A stretch of 64,000 nucleotides of DNA, taken from NCBI GenBank assembly GCA_951406725.2, contig OX597816.1:162068001-162132000 (forward strand), given 5' to 3'. Positions 54,776 to 64,000 of the stretch are shown piece after piece (within the stretch, counting starts at the first letter, position 1; the number at the start of each line of letters is the position of its first letter). The notes beneath the pieces were generated by a model. It was not told the DNA's origin. It did no database searches and saw nothing but the letters and a program-made list of their open reading frames with translations. This stretch comes from Octopus vulgaris (lineage: Eukaryota). The position numbers were made by a program, and so were the translations under genes.

Positions 54776-54931
54776 TACACATACATCCGCACGGGTACAC
54801 ACTCATACATACACAGACACACACAGACACACATATAATTTCATAGAGCGGAATAGTGTTTGTGCGCGTTTAAATATGCATTCACTTGTAGAGCGAGCGA
54901 GCTATACATGATGCGTACACAAATGTATAGT

Positions 54932-55304
54932 GGAAGCACTCCGTCGAGGGTTCCGGTTGATCCGAATCAACGGAACAGCCTGCTCGTGAAATTAACGTGT
55001 AAGTGGCTGAGCACTCCACAGTCACGTGCACCCTTAACGTAGTTCTCGGGGATATTCAGCGTGACACAGAGAGTGACAAGGCCGGCCCCTTGAAATACAG
55101 GTACAACAGAAACAGGAAGTAAGAGTGAGAGAAAGTTGTGGTGAAAGAGTACAGCAGGGATCACCACCATCCCCTGCCGGAGCCTCGTGGAGCTTTTAGG
55201 TGTTTTCGCTCAATAAACACTCACAACGCCCGGTCTGGGAATCGAAACCGCGATCCTATGACCGCGTGTCCGCTGCACTAACCACTGGGCCATTGCGCCT
55301 CCAC
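54932..55304 (-). mobile_element. SINE family C, full length with 15-bp TSD
   Basis: TSD ACACAAATGTATAGT at 54917-54931 and 55305-55319. Confidence 0.93.
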
Positions 55305-55589
55305 ACACAAATGTATAGTTGTATGTGTGAATATGCATGCGCATATATTTGTGACATCCAATGTGTGTGTGGGCGTACGTGCGTGTGTATGTGTAGGTGT
55401 GTGTGTGTGTGCGCACGTGTGTAAGGTAAGTACGGTGGATGTATTGTTTACTGAAGTGATATACGTAAACGTTTCGTGTCATTTATGTAACAAAGCGAGT
55501 CATAAAAATGTGTGATTTTTATATACATACACTCAGATACATATGTACACCTCTCTTCTCTCAGCAAATATATTAATTTTTATTCCACA

Positions 55590-57700
55590 TGCATACATAC
55601 ATACAAACACGCACACATACATACACACATACGTACACACGTAGATACATATGTACGTACGTACATACAAACACGCACACATACATACACACGTACGTAC
55701 ACACGTAGATACATATGTACGTACGTACGTACAAACACGCACACATACATACACACATACGTACACACGTAGATACATATGTACGTACGTACATACAAAC
55801 ACGCACACATACATACACACATACGTACACACGTAGATACATACGTACGTACATACAAACACGCACACATACATACACACATACGTACACACGTAGATAC
55901 ATACGTACGTACATACATACAAACACGCACACATACATACACACATACGTACACACGTAGACACATATGTACGTACGTACATACAAACACGCACACATAC
56001 ATACACACATACGTACACACGTAGATACATATGTACGTACATACATACAAACACGCACACATAAATACACACATACGTACACACGTAGATACATATGTAC
56101 GTACGTACATACAAACACGCACACATACATACACACATACGTACACACGTTGATACATATGTACGTACGTACATACAAACACGCACACATACATACACAC
56201 ATACGTACACACGTAGATACATACGTACGTACATACAAACACGCACACATACATACACACATACGTACACACGTAGATACATATGTACGTACGTACATAC
56301 AAACACGCACACATACATACACACGTACGTACACACGTAGATACACATGTACGTACGTACGTACAAACACGCACACATACATACACACATACGTACACAC
56401 GTAGATACATATGTACGTACATACATACAAACACGCACACATACATACACACATACGTACACACGTAGGTACATACGTACGTACATACATACAAACACGC
56501 ACACATACATACACACTTACGTACACACGTAGATACATACGTACGTACATACAAACTCGCACACATACATACACACATACGTACACACGTAGATACATAT
56601 GTACGTACATACATACAAACACGCACACATACATACACACATACGTACACACGTAGATACATACGTACGTACATACAAACACGCACACATACATACACAC
56701 ATACGTACACACATAGATACATACGTACGTACATACAAACACGCACACATACATACACACGTAGATACATATGTACGTACATACATACAAACACGCACAC
56801 ATACATACACACATACGTACACACGTAGATACATACGTACGTACATACATACAAACACGCACACATACATACACACATACGTACACACGTAGACACATAT
56901 GTACGTACGTACATACAAACACGCACACATACATACACACATACGTACACACGTAGATACATACGTACGTACATACATACAAACACGCACACATACATAC
57001 ACACATACGTACACACGTAGATACATATGTACGTACGTACATACAAACACGCACACATACACACACACATACATACACATGTAGATACATATGTACGTAC
57101 GTACGTACAAACACGCACACATACATACACACATACGTACACACGTAGATACATATGTAAGTACATACATACAAACACGCACACATACATACACACATAC
57201 GTACACACGTAGATACATATGTACGTACATACATACAAACACGCACACATACATACACACATACGTACACACGTAGATACATACGTACGTACATACATAC
57301 AAACACGCACACATACATACACACATACGTACACACGTAGATACATACGTACGTACATACATACAAACACGCACACATACATACACACATACGTACACAC
57401 GTAGGTACATACATACGTACATACATACAAACACGCACACATACATACACACATACGTACACACGTAGATACATATGTACGTACATACATACAAACACGC
57501 ACACATACATACACACATACGTACACACGTAGATACATATGTACGTACATACATACAAACACGCACACATACATACGCACATACGTACACACGTAGATAC
57601 ATACGTACATACATACATACATACGTACGTACGTACATACATGCGTACATACGTACATACATGCATACATACATACATACATACATACATACATACATAC
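55590..57700. repeat. Minisatellite, 60/64-bp unit, about 32 copies, fading into (TACA)n
   Basis: Unit ACATACAAACACGCACACATACATACACACATACGTACACACGTAGATACATATGTACGTACGT. Confidence 0.95.
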
Positions 57701-57870
57701 AAAAATACCCTGTTGTTATTGAAATTCCTATGAAGGAACCTTGGATCTAAGTTAGAAACCGGCTCTTACTCTATTAGCGAAAATCTTGAAATGAAACTGA
57801 ATAATGACATACATACATACACAAACACACACACACTCACACACATATATATGTACATATCTATTTAATA

Positions 57871-57908
<38 letters not shown>

Positions 57909-57956
57909 GACACACACACACGCACGCACACACACACACACACACACATATATATA

Positions 57957-59010
57957 CAGTGTGGTCCAGAATTCTTACTACTATCTAAGAATTTCCAAAG
58001 GAGCAAAGCAGCTAGTTAGAAAAATCTCAATAAGAGATGAAAGCAGTAACCATACTAAGAAGTAACAGGAGTGGCTGTGTGGTAAGTAGCCTGTCTACCA
58101 ACCACATGTTTCCGGGTTCAGTCCCACTGCGTGGCACCTTGGACAAGTGTCTTCTACTATAGCCTCGGGCCGTTCAAAGCCTTGTGAGTGGATTTGGTAG
58201 ACGGAAACTGAAAGAAGCCTGTCGTATATATGTATATATATATATGAGTGTGTGTGTATATGTTTGTGTGTCTGTGTTTCCCCCCCTAGCATTGCTTGAC
58301 AACCGATGCTGGCGTGTTTACGTCCCCGTCACTTAGTGGTTCGGCAAAAGAGACCGATAGAATAAGTACTGGGCTAGAATAAGTCCCGGGGTCGATTTGC
58401 TCGACTAAAGGCGGTGCCCCAGCATGGCCGCAGTCAAATGACTGAAACAAGTAAAAGAGTAAAAGAGTAGAGTAAAAGAGATATATTAAAACATGAACCA
58501 TTGGTATTTTGTTATGGAGAAATATATCACGCCCCAACAAACAGAAATTATAGAATTTTATTTTGTATATGGACGGTCCATTGTGCGCATGCAAAGAGCA
58601 TACAAACGCCATTATAGAGTAAGGAACTTGCCCTCTAACTGCGCAATTATTCATCTAATTCATCGTTTCTCGAAACAGGCCTCTCTGCTTGACTTGCTAC
58701 GACTTGGAAAACCACATTCCACCAGAACTCCGGAAAACAAGTATCCCATTGAGAAAAGTATTCTGAAAGTTGCAACAACATCAACTAGACACGGTTTCCC
58801 GAGAGCTTGAAATACCCCTGAACATCATTGTAGCTACTTCAAGAAGATTTGTACATGTATTCATACAAGATGCAACTAGGGCAAGCGACAAAGCCGTTAG
58901 ATTACCAAGGACTGCAGAATTCTACTGTTCGTTTTCAGGAAATGGCAAATGAGGACAATGAATTTCTTCACTAAATAATTATGGGCGATGAGGCCCACTT
59001 TCACCTCAAG
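57957..59010 (+). mobile_element. rosa/DD41D-like Tc1/mariner transposon relic (left TIR + 5' half of transposase), interrupted by a SINE
   Basis: TA|CAGTGTGGTCC start; MEKYITPQQTEIIEFYFVYGRSIVRMQRAYKRHYRVRNLPSNCAIIHLIHRFSKQASL...RTPEN...; after frameshifts YSYKMQLGQATKPLD...IIMGDEAHFHL (first catalytic D motif). Confidence 0.85.
58066..58480 (+). mobile_element. SINE family A, full length, inside the mariner relic
   Basis: Head to tail visible. Confidence 0.9.
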
Positions 59011-59529
59011 GAATTTTTCATTACACAAAACAGCAAAAAAAAAAAAAGGAAAAGTAATAAATAAACTTCGTGCCTATACGAGAACATCGGTGTATAATAT
59101 CTTAAATATAAGACTGCTGTTAGCCACGAATTCTATGACGGACTTTAACTCAGTTATCATGGCGTATAAACGATTAGGTTAAAAATTCTTCTCAATAAAT
59201 TGGGGTTCCAGTGCGTTGCAGAGCTAACTTTCCAACTATTGCCAGAAGTCATTTACAGCAGACCAGACTGAAGTATCAGGAAATTAAATACTTTGCTCAA
59301 TGAAATGAAATGCTTTCCCTGGCCCGGGAATCGAAAACATCATCTTGCGATCTTGAGTGCAACGCTCTAACTGCTACACAACACGCCTTCTTGATATACA
59401 GTGATATTAAAAAGTAAATAAAATAAAGAAATTAGAATATTACATTGATTCAAGTGTCAAGGCGGTGATATTGCGAAGAAGGTACACAAAGAATCGCTTG
59501 TAAATAGATATTGGTTCAAGGAAAGTTAA

Positions 59530-59670
59530 AGAATTGAGTAACAATAAGTAAAGACCCCGTGGGAGAGGCGAAATATATGAAATTTTATGATGGAGTCGGT
59601 ACTTCCTGAATAAAGTTAGTGGATGATGTTTTTGTTATTTTCGGAGTAAAATTGAGAGATTATAGTGGGG
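59530..59670 (+). mobile_element. Possible Penelope-like RT catalytic-region relic
   Basis: VDDVFVIF at 59619 preceded by YMKFYD (cf. LYME.FE...YVDD.F.I). Confidence 0.3.
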
Positions 59671-61319
59671 TCAAAAGTTTCAAGCCCTCTGTTTACACGA
59701 AGTGATACTTTTGTTACGTAGGTTATAGGAGATAGCCAAATTTAACAAAGGTTAAGCTTTCTCATTATGAGATCTGTTATTGACAGTACTCGACCAGGCC
59801 CTAGATATTATTTAACATTTCACAATGTAATTAGCCGTCTATCGCTTTAACTCCCAGATATATTTCGTGAGTGACGTTTCATTTTTTTCTAGTTAGATTC
59901 CTATATGTGAAAGTATGATTTCTGTAGCGCAATTTAAACAGCATATTAGTATACGTACACACAGATACATATCCATGTGTATGTTGTGCGTGACACGTAT
60001 GCGTTTGTATATACACATGTGTGTGAATGTATTTTATATGCATGTGTGATGAGCAGAATTATTAGTCTTGACAATGCACCAGAAGACTTTATCCTTATCC
60101 GAGCAATCATGAACTAAATAGAACCCACTAGAGTTAATATAGATAAAATTAATTACCATATATATATTTCTATGATTGGTGAAGTTGAGATTTTGAGAGC
60201 TGTAATACGCTAGGGCTTGTGCAATGTGTTACTAACATTTCAAAGTTAGAGCAATTAATTTTCTAAACATCATTGACATTAGTAACTTAGTAATATTAGT
60301 AAACACATTTCCTATAGTAAAGAATCCTTTAAGATGCTACTCATTCTAATGTCGTAATACAGAGTAGCAGTTTTGATTGAAAGTAGTAGTTTTGAGACAA
60401 GTTTTAACATCCAGTAATCAGAGTTTTTCGAGTAGGTGTCTAGGCCAATTGTGGCAATATTCATTGTTAATTCCAATTGTAAATGTCCACGGCCATCCTC
60501 ATTTCTTGCCAGGTAAAGTCGATCTATGTCTGCCTTATTCTATGCATTGTCTATGCCAATCTATGCCAATCTATGCCAATTCTATGCCAATTCTATGCAT
60601 TGTCAACAATTTTCGTATTTTTCCGTCAAGATTACATATTTCAGTAACTGACCAGTTAATGATATTGAAACTGTAAGTCACGACCGGTATGGCTAAAGTA
60701 TTGATCGCTTCGATCCTACACGTCACTACTTTTCTACGTAGTTTATTACTTAGAAAAGTAGTGACGTGTAAGCTAGTACAGTCTGCTGTAGAGCCCTACA
60801 GTGGTGAAAAAACTGTCATACCTTCTAGATTAGTCGGGTGAAAAGAGTCGCAAGAACAGAACACGACAAAAGCAATACTTTTCAAAATGGCGGGTGAACC
60901 CACTAGAAAGTTAACGACCATCTCGTATTAGTGTGAGAACATAGATATTCTAGTTTGGTATGCGACATGTCACTAGACCAGCGGGCATGAAACAGTTTTT
61001 AGTTTTCCTTAAAAGATGTCTCTAGTAGAAGCTTGCTCTCTTGTAAATCCTGAAGAGTCCCGTCGTACACCATGCACTCTGCTTCTGCAACCAGTTTCCC
61101 CTCGCCAAAGTGCGACAGGTCCTAATGAAAGTTTCATTGCTATAACCAAATCGTCTACGTGGGTTGTCTAACAATTCAGTTCATTTCTTTAATACTATCT
61201 TACAATTCCATTTGCTGTTTCCGGGATTAGACTCAAACATAAAAGACACAATTAGGAAATAAAATTCTTCTACAGAAATGTTGGTCCTGCATCTTATATG
61301 TGAGTCCATTAGATATAAA

Positions 61320-62904
<1,585 letters not shown>

Positions 62905-62908
<4 letters not shown>

Positions 62909-63113
62909 GATATCACGGTTCACCTACCGCAGTTCAACTGTCGCGGTTCACCTATCGCGGTTTATTGTTTAAGTTTACGTCAATTCCTATGTGGTTTTTT
63001 TTTTGCATTTATAATAAAATAAATATATACAAATTATAAAAATAATTTCAAAAATACAGTACAGTACAGTTTCTACCTCGCGGATAACACGCACGATAGC
63101 CCAAAGATTACTG
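62905..63113. mobile_element. Second copy of the pogo/Tigger-like MITE, left end lost
   Basis: CGCGGTTCACCT repeats, AAAAATACAGTACAGTAC, right end GATTACTG|TA. Confidence 0.75.
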
Positions 63114-63127
63114 TATATGTATGTGTG

Positions 63128-63161
<34 letters not shown>

Positions 63162-63905
63162 TTGAGGGAATATTAATTGATAAAAGGTGGGTTTTTTCTA
63201 ATTTATATATAGGATTGTGGTACAACAGTACACTAATATTTACTGGAAATATCAGTCGATAATATACGACGCTATAGTAAAGCTTCACTGTATACATATA
63301 CTGGCAAAAATATTTGCGGGCGGCGAACATAAAAAATTCCATCGTACCTGTAGGAAGAACTACCCAGATGAGGATAATCTAGGACCTAAGTTTCTAGCTT
63401 TCTAAATTACGATTGTCAACGTAAATTTGAGCAGTTCACCTCGGCTTGATTCGCTTAGACAAAATTTCAAATGTTGCTACATCAATGCCATTATACTCGT
63501 CTGAACGCCTTAGGGGTAACAGACGGAGAGCAGTGAAAAAGTTTTCAAAGAAAGAATTATTAAATAGTGCAATACAGAAGTATTGCTTCCCAGTGAAACA
63601 AAGTACCATCAAGTTAAAGCATAAATATAGGATAGTGGTACAACAATACACCAAAATTTACTGGAAATAGCAGTCGATAATATAAGACGCTATAGTAAAG
63701 CTTCATCCATGAATGATCAAATGTTTTGTGCAAAGTAGAGTACAAAGCTAAGTGAGGTGTGTTAGGTTCATGCTTTTGCCAACGCGACTAAGAACTGAAT
63801 CTGAGTTCTAAGTTAAGATTTTAGTTTATCTTGGTTTTGCCATCTACTACTAAGTTAGCTGTTGTCAATTAGTTATAAAGTTTACTTGATGTCGATCATC
63901 GTCAC

Positions 63906-63962
<57 letters not shown>

Positions 63963-64000
63963 TTACTTTTAATCTGCCTGTTTTTTACAGTCACTTGCCG

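Noticed and set aside
55573-57702. 700-aa ORFs on the minus strand
   Set aside because: Stop-free only because the minisatellite lacks stop codons in several frames; periodic M/Y/V/C/R/T composition
63200-63710. Intact GPCR exon or NUMT
   Set aside because: Shared TAA stop in the candidate frame even under the mitochondrial code, no usable splice phase, GPCR motif spacing does not fit

Overview
AT-rich, microsatellite-saturated animal DNA with no convincing host protein-coding exon, most likely an intron or intergenic stretch. The repeat complement strongly suggests an octopus/coleoid cephalopod genome (inference from recognised SINE motifs; no database search was run). Almost all listed ORFs are artefacts of (AT)n, (CA)n, (TCTA)n, (TTA)n arrays or of SINEs. 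The identifiable content is a graveyard of mobile elements: four SINE families, CR1/L2-group, RTE, Tx1/L1 and R4/Dong-like LINE fragments, Penelope-like fragments, non-autonomous Helitrons, a rosa-type mariner relic and several MITEs. The most notable signals are (i) several minimal hammerhead-ribozyme folds with non-canonical catalytic cores, two in a ~240-bp-arm fold-back element and two in an inverted Penelope-type terminal-repeat pair; (ii) a LINE 3' end sharing a double-hairpin tail, with compensatory substitutions, with the dominant SINE; (iii) three different non-LTR 3' ends stacked in one (TAA)n array; (iv) head-to-tail arrays of a MetaSINE-like element with an alternative tail; (v) datable nested insertions and template-switch scars. 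Coordinates of degenerate elements are approximate.
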